64,000 bases of DNA, taken from assembly GCA_002269645.1 (NCBI GenBank), contig NIVC01000083.1, positions 62,001 to 126,000 on the forward strand, read 5' to 3'. The notes beneath the pieces were generated by a model. The model searched no databases and was not told where the DNA came from. It saw nothing but the letters and a program-made list of their open reading frames with translations. Shown here piece by piece: positions 35,285 through 48,745 of this stretch. The DNA is from Macrostomum lignano (Eukaryota). Positions within the stretch are counted from its first letter, which is position 1. Each line of letters begins with the position of its first letter. The position numbers and the translations under genes are program-made.

Positions 35285-35745
35285 TGCAGAATCCAGATTT
35301 TATAGCTGAATCGAACTCCATGTCACTCCCTCAGAATCCAGATTTGATAGCTAAATGGAACTCCATGTCACTCTCAGAATCCAGACCGGAATTGCTAAAT
35401 GGAACTCCATGTCATTCTCAGAATCCAGACCGGAATTGCTAAATGGAACTCCATGTCACTCTCAGAATCCAGACCGGAATTGCTAAATGGAACTCCATGT
35501 CATTCTCAGAATCCAGACCGGAATTGCTAAATGGAACTCCATGTCACTCTCAGAATCCAGACCGGAATTGCTAAATGGAACTCCATGTCATTCTCAGAAT
35601 CCAGACCGGAATTGCTAAATGGAACTCCATGTCACTCTCAGAATCCAGATTTGATAGCTAAATGGAACTCCATGTCATTCTCAGAATCCAGACCGGAATT
35701 GCTAAATGGAACTCCATGTCACTCTCAGAATCCAGACCGGAATTG
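35285..35745. repeat. 44-bp minisatellite
   Basis: Unit GGAACTCCATGTCAYTCTCAGAATCCAGACCGGAATTGCTAAAT. Confidence 0.92.
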
Positions 35746-36164
35746 CAATACTCAATTCTTTAAACAGTTCAAGCTAGCCTCATGGATTTTAGCAGCAATC
35801 CAGATTTTACGTATCATCTGTACTTCTTGCCGCGTCCAGATTATTGCGGATCTAATCATACATTGGGATGTGATAACTAAGGGAAAAGGGTTAATTTTGT
35901 GCCCCCCTCCCAGTCGGCCAGCCAGCTATCTCTGAAGTTTATTTGTCCCACACTGCGGTGCGGGCGTTCCCGACCTTTTTGGTTTTCTCTAATCAAAAAA
36001 TTATAGCGGGTGCCTGTTATAAGTAAAATTATACATGCATATAGCCAATCAATCAAGTATGGAGCTAAATAAGGTTAGCGCTTTCGAGGCAAGCAGAACT
36101 GATAGTTATAAGCAATATTTGTTGCGGTTAGTACCAATGCGCGCAATTGAACTTCAGTAATTAA

Positions 36165-37335
36165 GAGCCCTTGGCATCTGAGCCATTGTCATATCAGTAA
36201 TTCTCTATGAGCCCTTGGCATCTGAGCTATTTGTCATATCAGTAATTCTCTATGAGCCCTTGGCATCTGAGCTATTTGTCATATCATAAATTCCCCATGA
36301 GTCTTGGCATCTGAGCTATTTGTCATATCATAAATTCCCCATGAGTCTTGGCATCTGAGCTATTTGTCATATCATAAATTCCCCATGAGTCTTGGCATCT
36401 GAGCTATTTGTCATATCAGTAATTCCCCATGAGTCTTGGCATCTGAGCTATTTGTCATATCAGTAATTCCCCATGAGTCTTGGCATCTGAGCTATTTGTC
36501 ATATCAGTAATTCCCCATGAGTCTTGGCATCTGAGCTATTTGTCATATCAGTAATTCCCCATGAGTCTTGGCATCTGAGCCATTTGTCATATCAGTAATT
36601 CTCTATGAGCCCTCGGCATCTGAGCCATTTGTCATATCAGTAATTCCCTATGAGCCCTTGGCATCTGAGCCATTTGTCATATCAGTAATTCTCTATGAGC
36701 CCTTGGCATCTGAGCCATTTGTCATATCAGTAATTCCCTATGAGCCCTTGGCATCTGAGCCATTTGTCATATCAGTAATTCTCTATGAGCCCTTGGCATC
36801 TGAGCCATTTGTCATATCAGTAATTCTCTATGAGCCCTTGGCATCTGAGCCATTTGTCATATCAGTAATTCTCTATGAGCCCTTGGCATCTGAGCCATTT
36901 GTCATATCAGTAATTCCCCATGAGTCTTGGCATCTGAGCTATTTGTCATATCAGTAATTCCCCATGAGTCTTGGCATCTGAGCCATTTGTCATATCAGTA
37001 ATTCCCCATGAGTCTTGGCATCTGAGCCATTTGTCATATCAGTAATTCCCCATGAGTCTTGGCATCTGAGCCATTTGTCATATCAGTAATTCCCCATGAG
37101 TCTTGGCATCTGAGCTATTTGTCATATCAGTAATTCCCCATGAGTCTTGGCATCTGAGCCATTTGTCATATCATAAATTCCCCATGAGTCTTGGCATCTG
37201 AGCTATTTGTCATATCAGTAATTCCCCATGAGTCTTGGCATCTGAGCCATTTGTCACATCAGTAATTCCCCATGAGCCTTTGGCATCTGAGACATTTGTC
37301 ATTTCGGTAATTCCCCATGAGCCGTAGCATCTGAG
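36165..37335. repeat. 44-45-bp minisatellite
   Basis: Unit TGTCATATCAGTAATTCCCCATGAGTCTTGGCATCTGAGCYATT and a 45-bp variant. Confidence 0.95.
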
Positions 37336-38036
37336 TTATTTGACATCTAAGAAATTCACTCGAGTGCAGGTAAGAGTACTGCAAGCTACACCAGCCGCTG
37401 GCGATAGTCAAGCAGCAAACGAATTCTTGACGGCAAACAAAGCTGTTCACCATGGCATTCGCGCCGAACAAAAAAACACGCAGCAGATGGCTGTCGCTGC
37501 AGCTTCGAGAACTCGAATTTGAAATGATTATTTAATAGCCACGCGGTGGGGGCCGTGGCCCCTCCCATTAATGGCTGGAGGACCAGACGGCTCCCCGGAG
37601 ACTATCGCGGACGTCCCATTGAGCGTCTGCGGCTCTCTGCGTGATGCCCCGGTCGAGGCCATCGCCCGAGAAATATTATAACTAGCATGAATAATTGATG
37701 CAAACACACCGATGCCTATGGATATAAAAGAAACGGATGTCTCCCTATTGGATTTAGTCTGCTAGAAAATATTAATTTGACGATCAATCAAATCCTTGGA
37801 TGAAATCTATTTTTTTGGGCAATTTTTTTAACATTCAGAGACTCCCAACAGTGATGAGGCCATTAAAAGAAGGACCCTTATAACCTAAGCTAATTCGCGA
37901 TATGCAAGCGAAAGAAACACGGACTAATAAGGTCATTGCGAAATCGTCAATGCTAAACAACTTTCAATTGGTTGCTGCTGTGAAATGAAGAACCCTTTTG
38001 AATACGAATCCAGGACAACCAAAGCAACTTATATAC

Positions 38037-38567
38037 AGGACGCGACAATCACGTTTCATGGAAAAAGTTTTGGAGGCCACTTTTCGCCGAAAAGTACACT
38101 ACAGATATAGGAAGTTTTCTTTTTTTCAACACAAAAATTGTTATTGCTTTCGATAGGAAGCAGACCCAATGTTCATCTTTTGATACATGTATGTTGTGCC
38201 TTTCTCATAGCTCTATTGATATATTTATAAAGCTTCTCGTTCAGAAAGTTAGAATTTCATGTTAATTTTTGATTCTACGTACATTTGCAGTACCCAAAAA
38301 TCATAAAAATGCATGGCACAGCTCCAATCTTTGGTTTTATGAATCTCTTTTATCCTAATTTTCTGAACGAAAAGCTTTATGAATATCAATAGAGCTATAA
38401 GAATAAAGGCACAACATATCAAAAAAGATGGACATTGGGTCTGCCTCCTATCGAAAGAAATAACAATTTTTGTGCTGAAAAAAATGAAAACTTCCGATCT
38501 CCGTAGTGTATTTTTCAGCGAAAAGTGGCCTTCAAAACATTTCCAAAGATTTCGAGTGTTGCGTCCT
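38037..38567. mobile_element. Degenerate foldback/MITE-like inverted repeat
   Basis: About 210-bp arms (38037-38255 and 38352-38567) are imperfect reverse complements, e.g. GAGGCCACTTTTCGCCG vs CAGCGAAAAGTGGCCTTC. Confidence 0.7.
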
Positions 38568-39389
38568 TCTCCTTTAGTAGTCCTTGATACGAATGTGAGC
38601 TCGTAAATCTGAACTTTCTGTTGCTCTGTTCTGCTATTTTGTCTGCCATTGTTAATAATTTTCTCTGCCGCCTCAGAAAGCATCCCGCACGATATCAAAG
38701 CCTCTGACAGATGCTATAGCCATGCATCAACTGTTAGGGCTTCACAATCGAACGCGGATTCACAATGGCTCGGGTTTTACCTACAGACAGGTACCCGCAT
38801 CTGAAGTGCAAGTACTGGACAACCGAAATCGTACCAGTACAGGGGATATCGTATCACGGATACTGAATTAGTATACTTTGTAGTCACAGACAGCATTTGA
38901 ACTTGTCTTACAGTAACCATGATGTATCATCAAGGATCTGCAAATTTTTGTTTTAGTTTCGTCACCTCTGTCTTGCAAAAATGCAACCAAGAATCACTAT
39001 AAATACTGGTCAATTTGCAAAACACTTCTAATACATTATAGAATTTATCTGAAGGCCCAGGGTTACATAAAAACGCCTTAAGAAACAGTTAAATCTGTCG
39101 AATCCGAAAGGTACACATTGTGAATTACTGCAAGAGCAAAAAGTTCGATAAGTGTGTCCCAATCGGTGCACGAACACTCGGCCATGGACAAAGAAAGGAT
39201 TAAAGATTTTCCAGCAGGCGGCTCATAGGCTGAAACTAGCCAGGAACCAATCGTAGCTGAATGTTACACTCATTTGGTTCTCTTGGCTAAGGAATAAATA
39301 TCTGGCTAGATAAGTCTTCATGCCAGCATTCTATCCAGGGAAGCTTGGCATCTCAACTGTTGCAATATCCTGCTCTACAAAGCCGCGCA

Positions 39390-40700
39390 ATGCTACAAGG
39401 CCAGTGCTCGGGTGCTAACGAGAGCCTCTACTTTACTCAAACTCAGTCGCCTGTGAAGGACGCCCTGACTCTGATTGCGTCCTCATCTGGTCTGCTACTG
39501 AACATCCTGTCCCTCTCCGTGTTCCTTCGGGTGCTGCGGAAGCCGAACAATCGAAACAGTTTCCACATTTTTCTGGTGTTCCTATCCGCCTGCGAGGTGG
39601 CATTCTGCCTGTCCAGCGGAGTCACCTACGCCAACATACTCAACTCGCGAACGGTTAGAAACCTGTCTTGGACCGGCCTGGATGGCGACGAGATGGCGAC
39701 GACGTATTTTCGATTTTCAATCTACCTGCCAACAGAGAGAAGGACGCTGGTGACTCTGTACTATCGTATGGTAGTGCTGTCTGCCTACCTGTCCATTGTG
39801 TCTCAGTTTATTAGGAATGCCTGGGTTGCTATGACGGCCCTGCTGCGCTGGTATGTGGCCACCAGGCGTACCAACGTTAATGTCAGCCAGCTCTACAGCA
39901 CACGCCGAGTGAGTCTCCTATTCGTCGCTTTGCTATCAGTCGTGATCACGCTCAGCCTCATTCGCAGCTGCATCAACCACGCTGGCAATATTTTCAATTG
40001 GGAATTTCACGTGTGCAACATTAGCGACTGGAATAATCCCGGCACTTTGATTGTTCACGTGACTAAGGATCAGGAAGCTAATAGGCGAACGGTGAACATG
40101 GTTTGGACAACGCTGAGCCAGATCATACCTTGGAGCTGCATTGTCACCTCGTCCATTCTGCTAGTCTATTCGCTTCGCAGCAACAGTCTGATTGACAGCT
40201 CAGAGAGAAACAAGCGCATAACTAGAATGGTGTTCATCTTCTCGTTGGCTTTTACTTTGCTAGAGTCGCCAAGAGCGTTCGTGTTTTTGTTTAACAAGCT
40301 GTTGAAATCGGTATCCCCGGCTCGTCTTCTGGACATCTATCAGGTGACGCTGATCCTCTCCCTAGCCGACTCAACCGTCAATGTGTTTATCTACTTTTTC
40401 AACGATCAGCACTTTAAGAAGGCTCTGTGCGGCTGCAACAATTGCAATTTATTCGAATGCCGATGCAAAAAGTCCAACGACGTCGGCAACAGTATGAATA
40501 ATAGGAACAAGCGATCGGACACCGGAGGTGATCATTGTAAGCCAAAGAGTTCGCCAACCCAGACTGGCGCCACCAGCCAGAACGGACCAGAACCTGTGGG
40601 CACCAACAGAGACGAGGCTGCCGAGCCGTTGGCTATCGGAGAAATCGAGCGCTCCTCCAGCGATGCGGTTGGCGCGTTCCAAACCGAGACTACCGTTTGA
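39390..40700 (+). CDS. Intronless class-A (rhodopsin-like) GPCR, peptide-receptor-like orphan
   Basis: Seven hydrophobic segments, TM1 GLLLNILSL, TM2 FLVFLSACE, TM3 end LLRWY, TM7 DSTVNVFIYFF. First ATG at 39390 is in the ORF-track frame. Confidence 0.88.
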   Translation: MLQGQCSGANESLYFTQTQSPVKDALTLIASSSGLLLNILSLSVFLRVLRKPNNRNSFHIFLVFLSACEVAFCLSSGVTYANILNSRTVRNLSWTGLDGDEMATTYFRFSIYLPTERRTLVTLYYRMVVLSAYLSIVSQFIRNAWVAMTALLRWYVATRRTNVNVSQLYSTRRVSLLFVALLSVVITLSLIRSCINHAGNIFNWEFHVCNISDWNNPGTLIVHVTKDQEANRRTVNMVWTTLSQIIPWSCIVTSSILLVYSLRSNSLIDSSERNKRITRMVFIFSLAFTLLESPRAFVFLFNKLLKSVSPARLLDIYQVTLILSLADSTVNVFIYFFNDQHFKKALCGCNNCNLFECRCKKSNDVGNSMNNRNKRSDTGGDHCKPKSSPTQTGATSQNGPEPVGTNRDEAAEPLAIGEIERSSSDAVGAFQTETTV

Positions 40701-40879
40701 GAGATTAAAATGGCGCTTGAGAAGCATGCAGACTCTATAGGCGCAATGAAGGCAAATGACAATAACTGACTTGAATACTTTTTGTTGGAGTATTAAAAAT
40801 TTTGGCAATAAGCTCTTTTGCACTGCTTTTTCAGACATACTCGGCAATGTCTATCTGTGACATCCTCTATCTATTGTAA

Positions 40880-41590
40880 TATGACAACCCGATTCTCTGA
40901 TCTGACACCCGATTCTCTGATCTGACACCCGATTCTCTGATCTGACACCCGATTCTCTGATCTGACACCCGATTCTCTGATCTGACACCCGATTCTCTGA
41001 TCTGACACCCGATTCTCTGATCTGACACCCGATTCTCTGATCTGACACCCGATTCTAATCTGACATTCGCTATCTCATCTGGCACCCGATTCTCTAATCT
41101 GACATTCGCTATCTCATCTGGCACCCGATTCTCTAATCTGACATCCGCTATCTTATCTGGCACCCGATTCTCTAATCTGACATTCGCTATCTCATCTGGC
41201 ACCCGATTCTCTGATCTACATCCGCTATCTTATCTGGCACCCGATTCTCTAATCTGACATTCGCTATCTTATCTGGCACCCGATTCTCTAATCTGACATT
41301 CGCTATCTCATCTGGCACCCGATTCTCTGATCTACATCCGCTATCTTATCTGGCACCCGATTCTCTGATCTGACATCCGCTATCTTATCTGGCACCCGAT
41401 TCTCTAATCTGACATTCGCTATCTCATCTGGCACCCGATTCTCTGATCTACATCCGCTATCTTATCTGGCACCCGATTCTCTGATCTGACATCCGCTATC
41501 TTATCTGGCACCCGATTCTCTAATCTGACATTCGCTATCTCATCTGGCACCCGATTCTCTGATCTGACATCCGCTATCTTATCTGGCACC
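40880..41590. repeat. 20-bp minisatellite grading into a ~39-40-bp dimer
   Basis: GATTCTCTGATCTGACACCC, then CGATTCTCTAATCTGACATTCGCTATCTCATCTGGCACC. Confidence 0.93.
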
Positions 41591-42269
41591 TGATTATCTA
41601 CGATTTTCTGTGATGTAAATCTGATACTCGATCTGACAGCCGTTATTTATTCTGACACCCCACTATATTAATCTGCTATCGGAATATCTAACAAAACAGC
41701 GCTGGTGTAATCACTCTTGCTACATGTAAATATGGAGAATTCGAGCCAACTGTGACACCCGTTCCCATGTATGGACCCTTTATTATATGCATCTATTCTC
41801 TCTGTAGAATATCCGCATATTCAAGCTAATCAATCGCGCTGACATACTTGTAGCAACAGTTGCCATGTTTTACCAATAGCTTAAACAATTGATTTAATTT
41901 GCTACCACAGTACTCAAGTTTCATGTTCTCATATAGTTAAAAAAGATTTTAAAAATATTGTAATAATGAGTACTGTAATTAATACTGTAATAACTGAACC
42001 GTAAATTATAATGTAGTAATCATTGAAGAGAATACTATTTGCCATAACGATTTTGTATAAGCGCTTTTGCACAGTCACCACAAATCTGTACAAGAAAGCA
42101 AGTTAATAGTCTATCGAATTTCTAAAAATATTACGCCTTTGTGTGGCATTATCGCCTAAATAAATATTTACCCCCTCGGAATTGATCTCTATATATTTAC
42201 ATGCACGTGAGCCTTTTCGATTGTTAACTGTCTTTGACAAGCGCAAGTTGAATTTTTTGACAATTGCCA

Positions 42270-42775
42270 GTGACATTTCACTCCCAGTGACATTTCACTG
42301 TCAGTGACATCAGACTACCTGTCAGTGACATTTGACTGTCTGCAGTGACATTTGGCTGTCTGCAGTGACATTTGGTTGTCTGCAGTGACATTTGGTTGTC
42401 TGCAGTGACATTTGGCTGCCTAACATTTGGTTGTCTGCAGTGACATTTGGTTGTCTGCAGTGACATTTGGTTGTCTGCAGTGACAATTTGGTTGTCTGCA
42501 GTGACATTTGGTTGTCTGCAGTGACATTTGGTTGTCTGCAGTGACATTTGGTTGTCTGCAGTGACATTTGGTTGCCTGCAGTGACATTTGGTTGCCTGCA
42601 GTGACATTTGACTGCCTGCGGTGACATTTGGCTGCCTGCAGTGACATTTGGCTGCCTAACATTTGGTTGTCTGCAGTGACATTTGGTTGTCTGCAGTGAC
42701 ATTTGGTTGTCTGCAGTGACATTTGGTTGTCTGCAGTGACATTTAATTGCCTGCAGTGACATTTGGTTGTCTAAA
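42270..42775. repeat. 20-bp minisatellite
   Basis: Unit CTGCAGTGACATTTGGTTGT. Confidence 0.93.
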
Positions 42776-44552
42776 TGTTATCGGCAGTGAAGTTGCTGGC
42801 AATCAAAGTTGAGAAAAAGAGACTAGCTATAGCAATATATTTCAGTAAGAAAGTATACGGGTCCTAGTAACGACTTTTGATGCCATCGGTAAACGAAGCT
42901 TCAAATGATTTTTTTATTTTTTTAGCCAACTAACTACAATTGGGTCTGACCTACCTGTCAGGTCTTCGAGGCAGTACGAGCTATGAAGACTTATAAAGCC
43001 TTCTCTTTGACATTTATCATTTTCTGTTCTTAATCTGGTAGGGCTACAGTGGTTCGCATGACATAAGAAGACACCAGTATGCTTGAGCATGCTGAGCAAA
43101 ATGAGCATTCATCCTGATTTCCTGAGCGTGGCTATCAATGTGCGCTTAACAAGGGCCCATTTCATAAATTTCATAAAGCACTTGTCGGACAGTGCTTTAT
43201 AAGTGACAATTACAGGTGACAATTCTGTAAAATGATGCGTTTCATTAAAGAGAAGAAAAGGGAGAGAAGAGACACAAACCTTGAGCGGTCCGGATTGCTA
43301 TTGTGAAGTTTCAAAGAACCTGAGGGCCGGATAAAGAGGCTTCGCGGGCCGGAGTACACATGTACCTCCAGATTTTTATCGACTACAAAGCCGTCTTAAT
43401 GACAGCAAAAATCCTTCACTTCCTTTAAAAGTAACCTAAGCTAATGGGCTTAAATATATATTTTAAACATAGCTACGTATGCCGATCAAAATATTAGAAA
43501 TCAATAGCTGACTGAACTCAGGCACAAGCATACGAGAGTTTCCGCAGTTTGTGTTTAAACACGACTGCTCAGCGCTAATTGCAATCATATATACGAGTGC
43601 GGTTCTGAGAATAGTTTTCGTTAAATTCAAAGTTTGCACTAGAAGAGACATTATAGTAATTGCTGGGGAGAATTATTGAACACGCCAAAGAAAAAGAGAG
43701 CTTAAAGGAGAAGGGACAGAGGAAAGAAATAGTGGTCCACTTCCGACTACGGTACACTTCAGGTGAAAGTGAAAGAGAGCTTCAATGAGTTGATCGCAAT
43801 TTCTTTACCACTGCAGCTGTTTCACAAATCTGCCCTTCCCTCCATCTTTACCTACCTATGACGTTGTTGTTCAGATGCCCAACTGATTAAAATATTTTTT
43901 AACAGTAGTCGAACATTCAAGACCTAAGAGCTTGCATTTCTCCCTGTCAAATATGTCGGTTGCAAGATCTAATTGTGCCATGCAATACAGACTCGTAATA
44001 AGCTTTAGTTCTGCAATTAGGCTAAACTATAAGCTGTCAAAATTGACAGGTTGTCTGTCTACGTATATTCTAACGCTGCAGAATATTTAGCTAATTAGGT
44101 TAAGGGAAATGGATTTAGCAGATGGACCTAATAATGGGTAAAACAATGAGGACTAAAAAGCTAGAAGCTAGAAGTAGAACCCGTACGAGTACATGCTCTG
44201 TGTACCTCAAAGCAACAAAGCCAAGAGCAAGCTAGCATTAAAACGAAAATATATTCAATATAGCTTCTGCTTTGCTTTGATTTCATTCCGCCAAACAATT
44301 CTCTTATAAGGACAATGCAGAAATATTTATAACTCATATACGAGTACAAAGGGCTTTGAGTTTCCAACAAATACAAAAGATTGAATTTCACAATGAGCTT
44401 CACTCTAACGTTGAAGACCGAAGTCCGTTTTTTGTGAATGTCCAAAAATACATGTAGAGGCTTAGAGATAGCGAGCACTAGCTCCTATAGACTCTTTGTT
44501 AGACTGTGTGTTGAAAACTTTTTAAACTTTGAAAAGTTACTTACCCACTCCC

Positions 44553-45505
44553 ACTTCTTCTTCATACTCTTCTTCTCCTCCTTCTCCTTCTTCTCCTCCT
44601 CCTCCTTCTTCTTCTCCTCCTTCTTCTCCTTCTTTTTCTTCTCCTCCTCCTTCTCCTTCTCCTCCTCCTTCTTCTCCTCCTTCTTCTCCTCCTTCTTTTC
44701 TCCTCCTTCTCCTTCTCCTTCTCCTCCTCCTCCTTCTTCTTCTCCTCCTTCTCCTTCTTCTTCTCCTCCTTCTCCTCCTCCTTCTTCTTCTCCTCCTTCT
44801 CCTTCTTCTTCTTCTTCTCCTCCTTCTCCTTCTTCTTCTCCTCCTTCTCCTCCTCCTTCTTCTTCTCCTCCTTCTCCTTCTTCTTCTTCTTCTCCTCCTT
44901 CTCCTCCTCCTTCTTCTTCTTCTCCTCCTCCTTCTTCTTCTTCTCCTCCTTCTCCTTCTTCTTCTCCTCCTTCTCCTTCTTCTTCTCCTCCTTCTCCTTC
45001 TTCTTCTCCTCCTTCTCCTCCTCCTTCTTCTTCTCCTCCTTCTCCTTCTTCTTCTTCTTCTCCTCCTTCTCCTCCTCCTTCTTCTTCTCCTCCTTCTCCT
45101 TCTTCTTCTTCTCCTCCTTCTCCTCCTCCTTCTTCTTCTCCTCCTCCTCCTTCTTCTTCTTCTCCTCCTTCTCCTTCTTCTTCTCCTCCTTCTCCTTCTT
45201 CTTCTCCTCCTTCTCCTTCTTCTTCTCCTCCTTCTCCTCCTCCTTCTTCTTCTCCTCCTTCTCCTTCTTCTTCTCCTCCTTCTCCTTCTTCTTCTCCTCC
45301 TTCTCCTTCTTCTTCTCCTCCTTCTCCTCCTCCTTCTTCTTCTCCTCCTTCTCCTTCTTCTTCTCCTCCTTCTTCTTCTCCTCCTTCTCCTTCTTCTTCT
45401 CCTCCTCCTCCTCCTTCTTCTTCTCCTCCTTCTCCTTTTCCTTCTTCTCCTTCTCCTCCTCTCCTCCTCCTTCTTCTTCTCCTTCTCCTCCTCCTTCTTC
45501 TTCAT
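44553..45505. repeat. ~950-bp (CTT/CCT)n polypyrimidine microsatellite
   Basis: Almost pure C/T trinucleotide mosaic; the poly-Leu, poly-Arg and Ser/Pro ORFs are artefacts. Confidence 0.97.
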
Positions 45506-47226
45506 GTACCCAATTCTTCTTTACAAATTAATTTTTCACGTACAGAAAACATCCAACTAAATTTATGACTACACGACACTGGGGAGCTTGTCGAGGAATG
45601 CTCCCCGGTGAATTGGATCGGGACCGTGGGGATCGGAAAAATATTTTTAAAAAGCAGTCGTAACATAATTTTTGCCATTTAAATCAGAAAATGATCATTC
45701 ACAGAAAGCTGATTGAAACTCTGCTTATGCTGTTTTACTGAATTAACTGCATTATTTCAAACACAGGTTAGATCATTTTTTCAATAGGAGTCTTCCAATT
45801 TACTGCGCACTCTCAAAGGTGGCGACTTCTTAATGTTGATGAGTATACATGTATTTTGATGAGGAGCAAACATAGATGTTGTCATCATAAAACACAGCTG
45901 CGAAGCCGAACTTATAACGTAGTTATAAGTATGCAGTTCAGCTTCATTGTGCATTGAGAGACTGATTGTTAGCGAGATCGATCATAGGGGCTAGATAAAA
46001 CTCGGAATCAGCTTGGATCTTCGAATAGCGTAGATCTGCACTACCAGAGCACCGCCGTCTCTGCGCTGCATGTTGCTAGCTTAGAGGAAATTTCTTGCAG
46101 CATTCGAATCGAATTTATCGAGGAGACAAGGCAAAGCGCGCATCGATATTTCTCCATCAAAATGAGACAGCTCTCTGTAATCCCGCCCGACTCCCGTCTG
46201 CCACAAACACCACAAAACAGTCTCAATTAGCGCTGAATCTGCATATTACGCGCGAAATATTCGCATTTAATTACGAGTAAGGCTATAGCATGATGTAAAC
46301 ACTGTACTTTTAACAAGTGCATGGCTCTACACAGTAGTGCAATCGAATTACCGACTATACAACTTGTGCTTTTTCTCTTTGAAAACCTCTTTTGACGATT
46401 TATAATACGAACTAAAGGGAGTCAAATAACAATAGCATTAGCAATCGGGCCTGCTCAAGGTTTGTGTCTCTTCTCTCTAATCTCTCCTCCCTCCCATCTC
46501 CTTTCTCCTATCATTTCTACTCTCTTCTCTATTCCCTCTCGTCTAGACCGCAGTCATGCGCTAAGGTTCTCTACAGATTCTACAGTATGTCTGGTCTTTA
46601 GGTTGAAAAGCAGGGACTGACACAGAAGGCTACGGGTCGGCCAGTTTGTATCCGTTACAGAGAGTAGCTAGCATCCGCGCTATTCGCTTCATCGCATCCG
46701 CTATCCTATAGAACTGTTTAGCCATACAAGCAGGACTGAAGCCGCGTACAAGCGAACAGAGAAATGAACAAATAAATGCAGCTGCGCAAACCAGCAGGAG
46801 GTAGGGAGAGGGGATTAGAAGTAGAAGGGAAAGACAAGTTAGAAACTACAAGTTCCCTGCTTCATCTCTGCAGCAGAGAGACGACAAGGCTATAGAAGTG
46901 GAAACAAAGGGAACTATGCAGACTGATAGAATTATCTGCTACAACTTGGATACACAAGACAGAGTTTTTCGTAGAGGCTCATATAGCACTTAAACAATAA
47001 GCCTTTTGAGGCAAGTCGAGCGGAGCGGGAGAAACAGACGGCGGGCTAATTCCCTTCGCCCACTGTTTGTCAATGACACGTTAACTGTGCAAACTCAAGC
47101 GGCGAAAGTGGAGAGCCTAATAGACGTCGGTGAGAGAAAATTGCCTCAATCAGTCCGTCGAGCTAAAATTACCCACTCGACTCATAGTCTTGGCAATTAT
47201 GAATATAGCTCGTACTAATACTAAGG

Positions 47227-47397
47227 CAGGGGTGAACCAAGAAGATTTTTGAGAGGGGGCAAGCTATACGAAGCAACTACAACCCAATAGTAGAAAATCG
47301 ACATGCAAAGTTACAGGCAAAAGGTATGGCTGAAATGATTTTGGCCACGGCAAAGGGGGCAGGCATGGCCCGTTTGGGCCCCCTAGGTCCGCCACTG
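47227..47397. mobile_element. Possible short hAT-like MITE
   Basis: Ends CAGGGGTGAACCAAG and CTAGGTCCGCCACTG are imperfect TIRs. Flanking 8-mers match only partly (TACTAAGG/TACCAATT). Confidence 0.35.
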
Positions 47398-47489
47398 TAC
47401 CAATTCTACACACAAATATAGTCTAGACAACAGAAAAGCCGTTATTGTTAATTATTAATATCAATAAGGGATCTGAAAGGCAAGCCCAG

Positions 47490-48745
47490 CAAATGAGTAT
47501 CTGGAAGACGGGCGGGCCTATCAACTGCGGATCTGGGAGGCTGGCCCAGCAACTGAGGATCTGGGAGGCTGGCCCAGCAACTGAGGATCTGAGAGGCTGG
47601 CCTATCAACTGCGGATCTGAGAGGCTGGCCCAGCAACTGACACTCTGGGAGGCTGGCCCAGCAACTGACACTCTGGGAGGCTGGCCCAGCAACTGACACT
47701 CTGGGAGGCTGGCCCAGCAACTGACACTCTGGGAGGCTGGCCCAGCAACTGACACTCTGGGAGGCTGGCCCAGCAACTGACACTCTGGGAGGCTGGCCCA
47801 GCAACTGACACTCTGGGAGGCTGGCCCAGCAACTGACACTCTGGGAGGCTGGCCCAGCAACTGACACTCTGGGAGGCTGGCCCAGCAACTGACACTCTGG
47901 GAGGCTGGCCCAGCAACTGACACTCTGGGAGGCTGGCCCAGCAACTGACACTCTGGGAGGCTGGCCCAGCAACTGACACTCTGGGAGGCTGGCCCAGCAA
48001 CTGAGTATCTGAGAGGCTGGCCCAGCAACTGAGTATCTGAGAGGCTGGCCCAGCAACTGACACTCTGGGAGGCTGGCCCAGCAACTGACACTCTGGGAGG
48101 CTGGCCCAGCAACTGACACTCTGGGAGGCTGGCCCAGCAACTGAGTATCTGGAAGGCTGGCCCAGCAACTGAGGATCTGAGAGGCTGGTCCAGCAACTGA
48201 GTATCTGAGAGGCTGGCCCAGCAACTGAGTATCTGAGAGGCTGGCCCAGCAAATGAGTATCTGAGAGGCTGGCCCAGCAAATGAGTATCTGAGAGGCTGG
48301 CCCAGCAACTGAGTATCTGAGAGGCTGGTCCAGCAACTGAGGATCTGGGAGGCTGGCCCAGCAACTGAGGATCTGGGAGGCTGGCCCAGCAACTGAGGAT
48401 CTGGGAGTCTGGCCCAGCAACTGAGGATCTGAGAGGCCGGCCCAGCAACCGAGGATCTGGGAGGCTGGCCCAGCAACTGAGTATCTGAGAGGCTGGCCCA
48501 GCAACTGAGGATCTGGGAGGCTGGCCCAGCAACTGACACTCTGGGAGGCTGGCCCAGCAACTGACACTCTGGGAGGCTGGCCCAGCAACTGACACTCTGG
48601 GAGGCTGGCCCAGCAACTGAGTATCTGAGAGGCAGGCCCAGCAACTGAGTATCTGAGAGGCTGGCCCAGCAAATGAGTATCTGAGAGGCTGGCCCAGCAA
48701 CTGAGTATCTGAGAGGCTGGCCCAGCAAATGAGTATCTGAGAGGG
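47490..48745. repeat. 30-bp minisatellite
   Basis: Unit GGCTGGCCCAGCAACTGACACTCTGGGA-GA and variants, about 42 copies. Confidence 0.96.

Noticed and set aside
46453-46470. GCTCAAGGTTTGTGTCTC plus pyrimidine tract shared with 62713-62730
   Set aside because: Probably fragments of a dispersed repeat, but too short and without termini to classify.
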